From the NCBI GenBank assembly GCA_038816475.1, contig JAWBAI010000008.1, positions 9,400 to 73,399 of the forward strand: 64,000 bases of DNA, in the 5' to 3' direction. The DNA comes from Desulfurococcaceae archaeon (GTDB taxonomy: Archaea; Thermoproteota; Thermoprotei_A; Sulfolobales; Desulfurococcaceae). Below, piece after piece: positions 1-10,765 of the stretch. The number at the start of each line of letters is the position of its first letter. The first letter of the stretch is position 1. The translations under genes were made by a program, and so were the position numbers. The notes under the pieces are model-generated. The model had not been told where the DNA came from, searched no databases, and worked only from the letters and a program-made list of their open reading frames with translations.

Positions 1-70
1 GGAAGTTGATGTAGATCAAGGATACTAAAACTTCGTCTTTAAAAGAGACCTTATCTTTTTCTAAAACCAT

Positions 71-1645
71 GTGGTGTTCTTCTTGAAAATAGCAGGAGAG
101 CAGATCTACATTCCCGACTTCTCAGCTATAGTGCAAGGATCAGTAAGCAAGCTCGTGGAAGAAGGTACTGTAGTGGGTAGAGTAGTCGTACATAGAGCAA
201 TTGTGGCAATGCTCGAGCAAATGGCACATCAAGGACTAGCGGTGGGTTACGCTGGATTAGAAGAACTGAAAAAGCTGAGAGAACTCCACGAGAAAGGAAA
301 AATGCTGCTCGAGTACGCGGGTGAGAAAACTAGAATCTCCTTCCCAGAGAACCACAATTTAGCTATCATTGAGGTGAACGCGGCTGTAAGAGACCTAGCC
401 TATGCAACGGGGGGAGTAGTAGTAGCCGGTGATAGAGTCAACTACGAGGTGTGCAAAACCATGGGCATACCCGTGCTCTTAACCATCAAAGAGAGTAAAA
501 GCAAACTAGAGTTTGAGAAGTACTTCGATGAAAACACAATGAGTGTTCATCTCAAGGAAAACTCTGCTCCCTTGGCCAAGGTGGGTAAACCGGGTGACTG
601 GAGGTACATTAGGCTTGCTGATAAAAAGCTCACTAGAGGAGACATCGAGAGAATGGCTAATGAGATCATAGAGGAAGCGCGTAGAAGAAGCGACGCGTTC
701 ATAGAAATAGACAGAGCAGGGTCAACCATAGTTCAGCTAGGAGAGTACAGAGTAATCATCGTGAAACCACCTTTAAGTGATGGCTGGGAGATAACAGCTG
801 TTAGACCAGTTAAAAGACTTAAGCTAGAGGATTACAACCTACCGTTGGAGCTGATCAAGAGGTTGAACGAGAGAGCAGAGGGCATTCTAATAGCTGGTGC
901 TCCAGGCATGGGTAAAACCACCTTTGCGCAAGCCTTAGCTGAGTACTACATGAGAATGGGCAAAGTCGTTAAAACGATCGAATCACCAAGAGACATGATC
1001 CTACCAGAAGAGATAACACAGTACAGCAAGCACTACGCAAGCATTGGTGAACTACACGACATACTATTACTTTCAAGACCAGACTACACGGTCTTCGACG
1101 AGATGAGAACAGACGAGGACTTCAAGCTGTACGCTGACCTAAGACTCGCTGGTATAGGCATGATAGGTGTCGTCCACGCAACGAGCCCAATAGACGCCGT
1201 ACAGAGGTTCATAGGACGAGTAGACCTGGGAATGATACCTTCCATAATCGATACAGTGATATTCATAAGGAACGGAAGAATCGAGAAAGTCTACGAGTTG
1301 AGAATGACTGTTAAATTACCAACAGGTTTAAAGGAGGCTGAACTCTCAAGACCCGTAGTCGAAGTAAGAGACTTCTTGACAGGCGAGCTCGAGTACGAGA
1401 TATACACCTTCGGTGAGCAAACAGCCGTAGTCCCGGTTAAAAAGCTTAGACCTCGTCATCCAGCGTGGCAAGAGCTTGCTGAGAAAATTAGAAACGCTAT
1501 TCCAGATTCCGATGTTAAAGTAAACGAAGACGGGATCATTGTTGTTTTGAGAAAAGACCTCCTTAGAACATACAGAAGAAAAATAAGCAGGTTCAGAAAG
1601 CTCTGTGAGAAGTCCGGAGCACAGTTCAGATTAGAGGTAATATAG
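71..1645 (+). CDS. PIN-domain ATPase (PINA, PINc/VapC-family ATPase with C-terminal KH-like region)
   Basis: N-terminal PIN-like domain, Walker A GAPGMGKT, TIESPRD, RPDYTVFDEMR, GVVHAT motifs; convergent with hjc. Confidence 0.9.
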   Translation: MVFFLKIAGEQIYIPDFSAIVQGSVSKLVEEGTVVGRVVVHRAIVAMLEQMAHQGLAVGYAGLEELKKLRELHEKGKMLLEYAGEKTRISFPENHNLAIIEVNAAVRDLAYATGGVVVAGDRVNYEVCKTMGIPVLLTIKESKSKLEFEKYFDENTMSVHLKENSAPLAKVGKPGDWRYIRLADKKLTRGDIERMANEIIEEARRRSDAFIEIDRAGSTIVQLGEYRVIIVKPPLSDGWEITAVRPVKRLKLEDYNLPLELIKRLNERAEGILIAGAPGMGKTTFAQALAEYYMRMGKVVKTIESPRDMILPEEITQYSKHYASIGELHDILLLSRPDYTVFDEMRTDEDFKLYADLRLAGIGMIGVVHATSPIDAVQRFIGRVDLGMIPSIIDTVIFIRNGRIEKVYELRMTVKLPTGLKEAELSRPVVEVRDFLTGELEYEIYTFGEQTAVVPVKKLRPRHPAWQELAEKIRNAIPDSDVKVNEDGIIVVLRKDLLRTYRRKISRFRKLCEKSGAQFRLEVI

Positions 1646-1733
1646 CACCGACTACTCTAATGAACACGTTTTTGACCAAGACTAAAGCTACAATTCAATA
1701 CTAGTAGATCACAGCAAGCCATAAGCGGATTTT

Positions 1734-2183
1734 CTACTGTTTTCTCTCGGGAAACTCTGTTAGCCTTCTTACACCCTTAACTATGGATACTAGTGCTTCA
1801 AGCTTAATGCTATTCTGCAGGATCTCTGGTGTTATCTTGTAAGTGCTTCCAGCATCTATGAGCCTATCTATTGGAACAAAGAACCACTCACCTGCACCCA
1901 CGATCTTCACAGCAATGAAAGCCTCACCACTAGCTCTAGATGCGAATTCCTGCAGTTTTTCAACTCTCGATTTCTCGATGTAGATTGTTCTAGGCTTGCT
2001 CATGGACTTAACCTCGGCGATAATCACTTTACCCTTGTACAATGCTACAATGTCTGGGTATACAACATGCTTCACTCTACTACCACTAGCTGGAGCTCTG
2101 ATAACAGCAAAACCATGTTCCCAGAAGCGTCTAACGAGATCCCGCTCGTGGAAAAAACCCCTCCTTCTCGTAGACATACTCAA
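1734..2183 (-). CDS. hjc: Holliday junction resolvase Hjc
   Basis: G-x-x-x-ERDL, RAPASGS, PDIVAL, EVKS nuclease motifs. Confidence 0.93.
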   Translation of the reverse strand: MSMSTRRRGFFHERDLVRRFWEHGFAVIRAPASGSRVKHVVYPDIVALYKGKVIIAEVKSMSKPRTIYIEKSRVEKLQEFASRASGEAFIAVKIVGAGEWFFVPIDRLIDAGSTYKITPEILQNSIKLEALVSIVKGVRRLTEFPERKQ

Positions 2184-2303
2184 TCACACGTTAACCAGCA
2201 ACTGCTCGCCATAATCTTCCGAGTGCTTACTTAATAAACGAGAACTGATAAAAGTATAAATTCTTCGAGTACATACTTAGTAGAAAACGCAGGGTAACAA
2301 ACC

Positions 2304-4463
2304 ATGTCACAGGTTATCTCCAAGGTTTTGACTATCACGATAATAGTAGCACTACTACCAATACCGCTATTGTTGCAATCCGACGTTCAAACTTCACTTC
2401 AGAAGCTTCAACCCATTCCTCACTACCTGGATATAGCGGTAGCTCTACCCGTAGATAACGCTGGTCCTGGGGCTCCTCTGGTAATAAAGCCCGGGAGTTG
2501 TGAACTCCTAGTGCTCCGCGAAGAGTACGCTAACGAAGAGTTCTCGGTTGGCTACATCTGGAGAGTAGACTACGTGGATGATGCATCAAAGTTGCTAAAC
2601 TACACAGTGAGAATTAGCAGAAAGAACGGGGTTGAACTAGAGTTGTGTATTCCAGTTAACGTGGAGGAGGGATTATACGACCTCGTTCTCGTAGGATCCC
2701 GTGAACTAGTCGTTCCCAGGTCCATCTGGATCATGGAATCTCTTCCGGAAAAACTCAGAGTAGTGGTAATGACGGATATTCACTTCGGAGTTGTTGGTAA
2801 ACCGGACCTGTGGAGGTACTCAGCAGCTGTAATTGCGAGCGCACTAAACCCCGATCTGATACTATGGGCGGGCGACATACAGGACGTGGATAGCGAGTAC
2901 TACGCTAAAATGGCTCAAGCTTACCGGCTCATGATGCTCTACAAGTACCCAGTCTTTAGTGTACCTGGAAACCACGATCACCCGGGTTCACGGTACGCTT
3001 CCTACATTGGTCCTACAAGATGGGTACGCGTAATTGATAACAAGCTACTGCTGATTGGGGTTTACACAAACCCCTACCTTGCTACGAACAACATCATAAC
3101 CTGGGATGAGATAGTCTTCCTCGAGAAAGCACTGATGAACTACAGTTACCTCCCCCACAAGATCATCATTACACACTACCCTATGTTCTTCTGTGCGCAA
3201 CCATGCGTTGTTGAATCCAGCTACGACGACGAAAAAACGTTAAAGCCATATGCTCCTGGAGTTGAAACCCCTGTGAGTTCCTACTGGAGCGGCAACATGA
3301 CAGCGTTCAGGTACGTTCTGAAGTTAATAGAAGACTACAATGTTACAGCCGTTATTTCCGGTCACATACACAGAGACCAGTACATACTCTACATCAGTAC
3401 TAGAACAGGCTCCAGAACACACTTCGTAACGGTTACATCATCAGGTCAACTAACTCCAACGTACCCCGGTGTAAGAGTATTCGAGCTGAACACAGAGACT
3501 GGTGAACTAATTTTCCCCTATTACCCGGGTATAGGCAACTTCTCTATTCCCGTGGACTACGGTGAATTAGGAGTTGATGTTAAACTGGTAAGAGGCTTAG
3601 AAGCATATATGTTCACCGTTCGCAACCGACTAACATTCATGAACATCACTGTTACCACAGTAATAGCGTTACCATGGTCACCTGAAACACTAGCACCTCA
3701 GGTAAGCATTCGGGAGAAATCACACGATGCAAGAGCCATTGTGAAGCACATTTACACAACGAGTAAAGTAGCGTACTTCTACCTTGAAATAAGTATACCA
3801 CCATTAAGTAGCTTAACTATTCTCGTGTTCAGGGAAAGAGACATGAATCCTCCAACCATAAGCCTAGTCAGGTGGATGCCGGATGTTCCAAGATTGAATA
3901 GGACTTTTACACTGTACATTGATGTCGCGGATGAACACTACGGTGTAGACCCCGATAGTGTAAGTATTTCATTAAACTGTACAGCGAGAATATCTACTAG
4001 AATTACCCCGGAAACATACTACTCTGTATTCAATAGAGTCTCTGTTGAAGCTAGGATAACCGTGAATGCACCCGAGGTCACAACCTGTAGACTTGACGTA
4101 GTAGCAGTAGACCTCGCAAACTTCACTACCACAAAGAGCTATCTAGTGATCTTCTATCCTCCAGGGATAACATCCCAGGAAACACCGGTGAGGGAAATAG
4201 TAGAAGTTCAAGAAATAACCCCGATCCCTACACCAATCACCACGGAAATTCCAACCGAAACACCAATTACTAAGGAAACGCTGTCCACTCCTACATTAGA
4301 GCAACCTCTAACTACTACAGCCCAGGAACAAGTTGCTACTGAAGTACAGCATCCCGCGCTCTCGAATAGTGCATTAATCGTAGTGGTAGTAGGCACGAGT
4401 ATTCTACTAGCTATTGCTATTGTAGTGGTATTGAAGATTTCAAGGAAAGCAACCGCTTCTTGA
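2304..4463 (+). CDS. Membrane-anchored extracellular metallophosphoesterase (calcineurin-like)
   Basis: Signal peptide; TDIH, AGD, GNHDH, THYP, GHIH motifs; Thr/Pro-rich linker; C-terminal TM with basic tail. Confidence 0.85.
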   Translation: MSQVISKVLTITIIVALLPIPLLLQSDVQTSLQKLQPIPHYLDIAVALPVDNAGPGAPLVIKPGSCELLVLREEYANEEFSVGYIWRVDYVDDASKLLNYTVRISRKNGVELELCIPVNVEEGLYDLVLVGSRELVVPRSIWIMESLPEKLRVVVMTDIHFGVVGKPDLWRYSAAVIASALNPDLILWAGDIQDVDSEYYAKMAQAYRLMMLYKYPVFSVPGNHDHPGSRYASYIGPTRWVRVIDNKLLLIGVYTNPYLATNNIITWDEIVFLEKALMNYSYLPHKIIITHYPMFFCAQPCVVESSYDDEKTLKPYAPGVETPVSSYWSGNMTAFRYVLKLIEDYNVTAVISGHIHRDQYILYISTRTGSRTHFVTVTSSGQLTPTYPGVRVFELNTETGELIFPYYPGIGNFSIPVDYGELGVDVKLVRGLEAYMFTVRNRLTFMNITVTTVIALPWSPETLAPQVSIREKSHDARAIVKHIYTTSKVAYFYLEISIPPLSSLTILVFRERDMNPPTISLVRWMPDVPRLNRTFTLYIDVADEHYGVDPDSVSISLNCTARISTRITPETYYSVFNRVSVEARITVNAPEVTTCRLDVVAVDLANFTTTKSYLVIFYPPGITSQETPVREIVEVQEITPIPTPITTEIPTETPITKETLSTPTLEQPLTTTAQEQVATEVQHPALSNSALIVVVVGTSILLAIAIVVVLKISRKATAS

Positions 4464-4539
4464 TATCTCAAGCTATTAGATCCGCTCTCAGTATTTTTAA
4501 CCCCACCTCATATAAGCTTTAAACGTACAGGTGTTGGTC

Positions 4540-6486
4540 ATGAGTAGAGCATCAGTACTACTAGTAGTACTACTAGTAATCTCAATCCTTGCTATACTTG
4601 TCACCCCGTCCGCACTTGCACAGCCTCGTGTTATAACCATAGCAGTAGATCTCGCGCATGGTGAAAACGACAAGTACCTTGGTTTCATACAGGGCAATAT
4701 AACCTCGGTAACCATAGACGGCGTAGTGTACTCTATTCGATGGATTAACATAACACCAGGTACCACAATAACACCCGAGCTACTATCGGAAGTGGACATA
4801 CTACTGATCGGACAACCCACAGTTAGCTTTTCACCCGACGAAATGGAAGCAATCAAGAGCTGGCTTTACTCAGGGAACAAGGTGCTCTACGTTGCTGGTG
4901 ACAGCGACTACGGTGCAACAGGACCACTCAGCATAGAAGCTGTAAACTCTCTGTTGGAGTACATAGGTGTCAGATTAAGACTTGAGCACGCAGCAGTTTA
5001 TACACCATATCCTGAGATGAGAACTTACGTCTACAAGGGCGTTGAATACCCAACTAACGCTTTAGCATACTACAGAGTACTAGCGTTCGTTGAGCCGGAT
5101 AATGTTTCCTACCTGCACACCTATATGGTTGATGAGGAGGTTACAAAGCCAATTATAATGCATGGTCCAACATGCGTTATATGGGTAGACGAGGAGGGTA
5201 ACTACAGAGACCCTGTTACGGAAACATACCCAGGGCTTATAAGGTTGGTTTGGTTTAGAAGAGCCTACATCGGAAACAACAATCCACCAGATCCCTACGT
5301 GTATGATATCCTACTCTACGGTCTTGGAGCAGAGAGAGGAGACTGGAGCTTTGTTGCGTACGCGGCAGAGTACATTCCACACGTGAACTCACTAGTAACA
5401 GTTGCTGGTGAGTCGCTGTACGGAAACTACGAACCAGCATGGTCATCAAGATACTACGGTGTAGACCTTGATGGACCAAGGTTCGTAACAAACCTTGTTA
5501 GATGGTGGGTACGGATAATTACAATGCAGGTGCTATCTTTCGAGGATCCCGTTGATGACGACAAGGGGCCGGGAGCACTAAAGTATCCAACAAACCCGGT
5601 GTTTGTTCCAGGTGCATTTGATATAGTGAAGTTCCAGGTGCTCGAGGACGGAGACTACATCTATCTTAGAACAACATTCCGAGACTATGGAGGTAACCCG
5701 TGGGGTGGTCCAAACGGTTTTAGCCTACAGCTAATACACGTTTACATTCTCACCACAGATCCAACTATACCTAAGAACTACACGGCACCAGGATTAAACG
5801 TGAATGTGTACCATGGATGGCACTACTTAGCTGTAGCTGCACCGGGATGGGGAGGAGTACCATGGCCTGATGGTGAAGCAGGTGCTCTCTATGCTAGTGA
5901 TGGAACGTTGCTGAGTGGTGAAGATGGTGTACGCTTCGACGTATACTACGTTGGTGGTAACTCTATAGATATAAGGATATCTAAGAATCTGCTGAGGGAT
6001 GTTCAAAACGTAGAAGGCTGGATATTCGCAGTAGCTGTAGCCAGCTACGATGGATTTGGACCTATGAGAGTGAGACAAGTAGTTCCAGGTGATCCACAGG
6101 AGTGGTTGCTCGGTGGTGGAGACCCTAGGGCCATACTAGCCGGTGTTCAACCCTTAGTAGTAGACTTTCTGGCTCCAACAGCGGAAGAGCAGTACACACT
6201 ACTATCACTCTACGACCCTGATACTGGTAGACTAGCCATAATAGCTGGAATGAGCAAGTATGGATTCATGGGACCCTTAATACTAAGGGTAACGGTTGAA
6301 GTACCAGTAGAAGTCACTGTTACTAAAACTATTACACAAGTAATAACTGAAACCCGAATCGAAACCAAAGTTCTAACGGAGCCAGTAACGGTTACGGTAC
6401 CAGAGTACACGTCAGCGGCCGTTGTAGGAGTAGTAGCAGTAGTAATAATAGCTGTACTAGTGTACATGTTGTTCAAGAAGAAGTAG
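4540..6486 (+). CDS. Surface-anchored protein with N-terminal alpha/beta domain and C-terminal glucodextranase-type DOMON-like domain
   Basis: Signal peptide; DPVDDDKGPG..YPTNPVF..GAFDI and GNPWGGPNGFSLQ typical of amylopullulanase DOMON-like domains; Thr/Val linker, TM, KKK; ATG 4540 follows AGGTG. Confidence 0.7.
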   Translation: MSRASVLLVVLLVISILAILVTPSALAQPRVITIAVDLAHGENDKYLGFIQGNITSVTIDGVVYSIRWINITPGTTITPELLSEVDILLIGQPTVSFSPDEMEAIKSWLYSGNKVLYVAGDSDYGATGPLSIEAVNSLLEYIGVRLRLEHAAVYTPYPEMRTYVYKGVEYPTNALAYYRVLAFVEPDNVSYLHTYMVDEEVTKPIIMHGPTCVIWVDEEGNYRDPVTETYPGLIRLVWFRRAYIGNNNPPDPYVYDILLYGLGAERGDWSFVAYAAEYIPHVNSLVTVAGESLYGNYEPAWSSRYYGVDLDGPRFVTNLVRWWVRIITMQVLSFEDPVDDDKGPGALKYPTNPVFVPGAFDIVKFQVLEDGDYIYLRTTFRDYGGNPWGGPNGFSLQLIHVYILTTDPTIPKNYTAPGLNVNVYHGWHYLAVAAPGWGGVPWPDGEAGALYASDGTLLSGEDGVRFDVYYVGGNSIDIRISKNLLRDVQNVEGWIFAVAVASYDGFGPMRVRQVVPGDPQEWLLGGGDPRAILAGVQPLVVDFLAPTAEEQYTLLSLYDPDTGRLAIIAGMSKYGFMGPLILRVTVEVPVEVTVTKTITQVITETRIETKVLTEPVTVTVPEYTSAAVVGVVAVVIIAVLVYMLFKKK

Positions 6487-6633
6487 AATGTAGTACTGGA
6501 AATAAAATCTCTTTTTACTCTTCATTTACCTCATCTATATCTATCCTAAAACCGTTCTATGCGCTCTCCCATAATTACTGATCATGGGAAACTTTATAGG
6601 TTCTTAATTCGTATATTGCAACGGGAGGGCACT

Positions 6634-8361
6634 ATGCTAAGAGAGCACTCATTTGTACTGGGGTTAATGATAGTAATAGCAATACTCCTACCAGTTATTG
6701 GTGCATACGAGACAGCTGCGCAGCAGTGGCCATGGGGTAATAAAGAAGAGCCTTATCCCTGGCTCGATTACCTGGCGAACTTAACAACGGTTAGAAACAT
6801 TAGACTAGTAGTACTAACAAGACATGAATCATCAATACAAAGCTTAACTAGAATACTCTTCCTGAACTCCCCGGTTGCCGCGAAGCTCGGAATAACAGAA
6901 CTGCAGTTCGTATACCAGGAGGCTAGTCTATGGCCTGAAACCATCAGAAGAGCTATGCGTCTTGGAACATCTATAGACGTTGCATGGGGTGGAGGTCCAA
7001 CACTGTTCAACATGCTAGACGAAATGGGCTTTCTGCTACCAATAAACCCAACCGTTCAACCAGAGCATTACGCAATAATGTACGAGCTGAGCAAGATCCC
7101 GGAGACCATAGCGGGTAGTGCAACCTACAAGGTTGACGCTCATGGAAACATAAGGTGGATTGGAGCAAGTGTAAGTAGCTTTGGTTTTACCGTTAACAAG
7201 CTAATTCTCGAGAGGTACGGGCTTCCAAAGCCGCTATCCTGGGAGGATCTCACGAATCCCGTCTACATTAAGTACTACCCAGCAGCACGGTTAATGGGAC
7301 TAGCTGATCCAACGAAGAGCACTAGTAACTTAAGAATATTCGAGATAATACTGCAAGCCAGGGGCTGGAATGAAGGCTGGAGAATACTAACACTAATGGC
7401 AGCCAACTCGATCGTATACCCTGGTAGTGGCGAAGTACGAGATGCCGTAATCAGAGGAGACATAGCCATTGGAACAACCATAGACTTCTACGGTTACATG
7501 GCAATGAGCGTAAACCCGTACTGCGAGTACATAGCACCAGAGGGTGAAACGATAGTAAACGCTGACCCGATAGCAATTATCAACATCACAAAGTACCCTG
7601 TTCACGCTGCTGCGTTCGTAGCATGGGTCCTGAGCGAGTTCGGTGGACAGCTTGTATGGCTCCATGGGGATATAAACAGAATACCCGTAAATCCGAGAAC
7701 ATTCGAGATCGAAATACCTGAAGAGCTGAAGGCGTACGGTATAACAAGCAGACCGGACCTTAAGCAGGCATTCGACAACCTTGTTTACCTTAGAGGTATA
7801 GAGTTCGATGAAGCACTCTCGGCAAGCTGGATAAACTCTGTGATGTACTACTTTAAAGCAACCCTCGTGAACGCTCACGAGGACCTTCAGTACGTATGGA
7901 GTGAGATTGCGAAAGCTTACCTCGAAGGCAAAATAACCTATGGGCAATTCCAATACCTGATCCACGAACTAACAAGACCTCTAAGGTTCGTGGACCCGAT
8001 GACACGTAGTGAAGTAGAATTTACACTCGAGTACGCTATTAGAGTAAATAAGGCACTAACAGATGCTGCAACCTACCAAGCACTAATGTCGACTTGGGAG
8101 CAGGCTGCAAGAGAGAGGTACAGAAAAGTCCTGGAGATTCTCCGTAGTGGTAACATACCAGAGTATACACCACCTGCAACAACCGGCACAGTTACTGAAA
8201 CAACCCCCTTAACATCATCACCTGTGGCAACGGAAACACCCGCAGGAACGGAAACTCCATCAACTGTTCAACCCGGAGGAGTTTCACCAATGCTAATAGC
8301 CTTGGTAGCCATAGCGACAGCCATTGTAGTCGCTCTAGTAGTGCTTGTGAGGAGAAAGTAG
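6634..8361 (+). CDS. ABC transporter substrate-binding protein, Fe3+/thiamine/AfuA family, C-terminally anchored
   Basis: DVAWGGG, ADPTKSTS, TIDFYG, NADPIAII, AAAFVAWVLS; GGGAGG before ATG 6634; followed by permease and ATPase. Confidence 0.85.
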   Translation: MLREHSFVLGLMIVIAILLPVIGAYETAAQQWPWGNKEEPYPWLDYLANLTTVRNIRLVVLTRHESSIQSLTRILFLNSPVAAKLGITELQFVYQEASLWPETIRRAMRLGTSIDVAWGGGPTLFNMLDEMGFLLPINPTVQPEHYAIMYELSKIPETIAGSATYKVDAHGNIRWIGASVSSFGFTVNKLILERYGLPKPLSWEDLTNPVYIKYYPAARLMGLADPTKSTSNLRIFEIILQARGWNEGWRILTLMAANSIVYPGSGEVRDAVIRGDIAIGTTIDFYGYMAMSVNPYCEYIAPEGETIVNADPIAIINITKYPVHAAAFVAWVLSEFGGQLVWLHGDINRIPVNPRTFEIEIPEELKAYGITSRPDLKQAFDNLVYLRGIEFDEALSASWINSVMYYFKATLVNAHEDLQYVWSEIAKAYLEGKITYGQFQYLIHELTRPLRFVDPMTRSEVEFTLEYAIRVNKALTDAATYQALMSTWEQAARERYRKVLEILRSGNIPEYTPPATTGTVTETTPLTSSPVATETPAGTETPSTVQPGGVSPMLIALVAIATAIVVALVVLVRRK

Positions 8362-8483
8362 AGCCTGTAGATAACCTTACACGAGTCAGCAAGTTTTTTA
8401 CCTACATTTGCATCCAGGTATGTCAGACGTCGAGTATTTTCATGCTACCCGCGTAACGTAGCATGTTGTTCGGGTGTTGAAAT

Positions 8484-10754
8484 GTGAAGCGTGTTGGATT
8501 AACAGAGGTGTTCTTAACCGGTAGTTTATTTGGAGTGCTGACACTGGTAGGATACGAGGTATTACCAGCCGATGAAGCAGAAATACTAGCTTTGTTTGCT
8601 CTCGCTATGGCATTTACATGTGGTTACGTTCTACTGAAGCTTGGCTTTGACTACTACAGGGTCAAGTATAGTTTTTCTTTTACGTTCCTATCGGTAATAA
8701 TTACTCTATTCGAAATTATCATTATATCCATATTCATGGTTTTCAATCGAGATCCCTACACTAGAGACGTTGTTTACATGTATATGGCTATTGCTACATT
8801 GCTTGCACCATACCTCGGTGTAACCGTTTTTGGTGCTATAATCGATAAAACACACTCGTGGAAAGAGTTCAAATCCAAGATGTCCGTAAAGTTACCTGTG
8901 AGCGTAAGTAGAAGATTTAGAAAGATCACTTTTCAGCTCGATAGGACTTTATGGTTCTTCTTCCTGTATGGAATCATCTACCTACTGATATTTATGCTTG
9001 TACCAATACTAACGGTGCTTGTGTACTCGTTTATTCCACCGCTCGGGGGTTCCTGGTGGGATAACTACTATTTCATATTCAAGGAGAATGTTAGGATTAA
9101 ACCATATGTCGTGGAACCATGGACTAAAGAGACTCTCCCAGGTGGCGAGTGTCTTATTGTCCTCAGAGGAGTGAACTATGGACCGGTTCTCAATAGTATC
9201 ATATCAGCTACTATAACAACCGTTGTTTCAACAATACTTGGTACATCTATAGGCTACATACTAGCAAGGTACAGGTTTCCAGGGCACTCGTTGCTTAGAA
9301 TACTGGCTATAGTTCCCCTCTTCAATACACCGTTCATTAACACCTTTACAATTAAATTGCTGTGGAGCGAGGCCGGACCTATTTCACAGGTGTTCAAGTA
9401 CTTTACAGGTTGCTACTTGAAAATCGATAGCATAGCCGGTGTAATACTGTCTCAGATATTCGCGTTCTACCCGATAGTATACTTAAACGCTTACACAGCA
9501 TTCATAAACGTAGATCCCTCCACAGAGGAGCAGGCAGAAAACCTTGGTGCTAAAGGATTCAGGATTTTCAGAACGGTAACTCTTCCTCTCGCTCTTCCCG
9601 GAATAGCAGCTGGTGCAACGCTGGTTTTCGTGTTTAGCCTGGAGGATTTAATGGGACCAATTGTCTTCAATGAGAGGAGCTTCATGAGCTATGTAATATT
9701 CGACCGGCTCAAGGAGGCGTATCAGTACGGTTTTGTAAGACCAGATGCAGCAGCAATGGGAGCAATACTGCTGGTACTCGCTTTAGTAGTGTTCTTGGCT
9801 ATCAGGAACTACGTTAGCATGAGAAGCTATGCCATGATCAGCAGGGGTGGAAGGTGGAACCCGAGAATAAGGAAACTTGGTCCCCTAGGTAAGGCTGTTC
9901 TATACCTGGTTGTGTTTCCGTTGGTTCTACTTACAACGGCTCCACAGATCATGGTCATACTAATGTCCCTGGGTATGTTAAAACCATACAGAGGCGAAGC
10001 AGGATTGGTTTTCGAGCTAACAAGTGATCCGCTTTACTACTTTAGCAGAGTGCTACTAGACCCCGCTACGAACAAGTACATTATTAACACGCTAACGTAC
10101 GCAGGTGTTTCAATAGTGATTGCAGTATTCTTAGCCACGTGTGTTGCGTACAGCGTTAGTAGGCTCAAGGTAAAGGTTATTCCAAACGTACTTGACTCTC
10201 TCGCTACAGCTCCACTGGCTATTCCAGGACTGGTTTTTGCTTTAGGATATTTCATAGTGTTCTCTGAAATAGCAAACCTCTTACCCGAAGAACTGGGACG
10301 CTATCTTAGTCCAGCTAGCGTAGCGTTTCAAGCATGGATAGTGTTCATAATATCGTATAGTGTCAGAAGACTACCTTACGTTGTAAGATCGGTGTTCGCA
10401 GGTTTTCAACAGGTTCATGAAAACCTTGAAGAAGCAGCAATGAACCTGGGCGCTCCACGCTACAAGGTTGTATTCGGCGTTATAATGCCCTTCATAATAG
10501 GATACATTCTCAGTGGTGCACTACTAGGATTCGTGTACATGGCAACAGAGGTGTCTACAAGCATAACATTCGGAGGTATAAACGAAGAACAAGCTCCATT
10601 AACATACTACATGGGCACGTATCTTCACAGAGCAGGACCTGAGGGACCAATGGTTGTTGCAGCAACAGGTGCTCTACTGATACTTATCCAGTTAGCGGTA
10701 GTTGTAACCATAGTCTACGTTTTTAAGCAACGCTACGCTTTTATAGGAGTGTAG
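8484..10754 (+). CDS. ABC transporter fused double permease (FbpB/AfuB/ThiP type) with extra N-terminal TM segments
   Basis: Two EAA loops (EEQAENLGA, EEAAMNLGA), many TM helices. Confidence 0.88.
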   Translation: MKRVGLTEVFLTGSLFGVLTLVGYEVLPADEAEILALFALAMAFTCGYVLLKLGFDYYRVKYSFSFTFLSVIITLFEIIIISIFMVFNRDPYTRDVVYMYMAIATLLAPYLGVTVFGAIIDKTHSWKEFKSKMSVKLPVSVSRRFRKITFQLDRTLWFFFLYGIIYLLIFMLVPILTVLVYSFIPPLGGSWWDNYYFIFKENVRIKPYVVEPWTKETLPGGECLIVLRGVNYGPVLNSIISATITTVVSTILGTSIGYILARYRFPGHSLLRILAIVPLFNTPFINTFTIKLLWSEAGPISQVFKYFTGCYLKIDSIAGVILSQIFAFYPIVYLNAYTAFINVDPSTEEQAENLGAKGFRIFRTVTLPLALPGIAAGATLVFVFSLEDLMGPIVFNERSFMSYVIFDRLKEAYQYGFVRPDAAAMGAILLVLALVVFLAIRNYVSMRSYAMISRGGRWNPRIRKLGPLGKAVLYLVVFPLVLLTTAPQIMVILMSLGMLKPYRGEAGLVFELTSDPLYYFSRVLLDPATNKYIINTLTYAGVSIVIAVFLATCVAYSVSRLKVKVIPNVLDSLATAPLAIPGLVFALGYFIVFSEIANLLPEELGRYLSPASVAFQAWIVFIISYSVRRLPYVVRSVFAGFQQVHENLEEAAMNLGAPRYKVVFGVIMPFIIGYILSGALLGFVYMATEVSTSITFGGINEEQAPLTYYMGTYLHRAGPEGPMVVAATGALLILIQLAVVVTIVYVFKQRYAFIGV

Positions 10755-10765
10755 AGGTAACTTCA

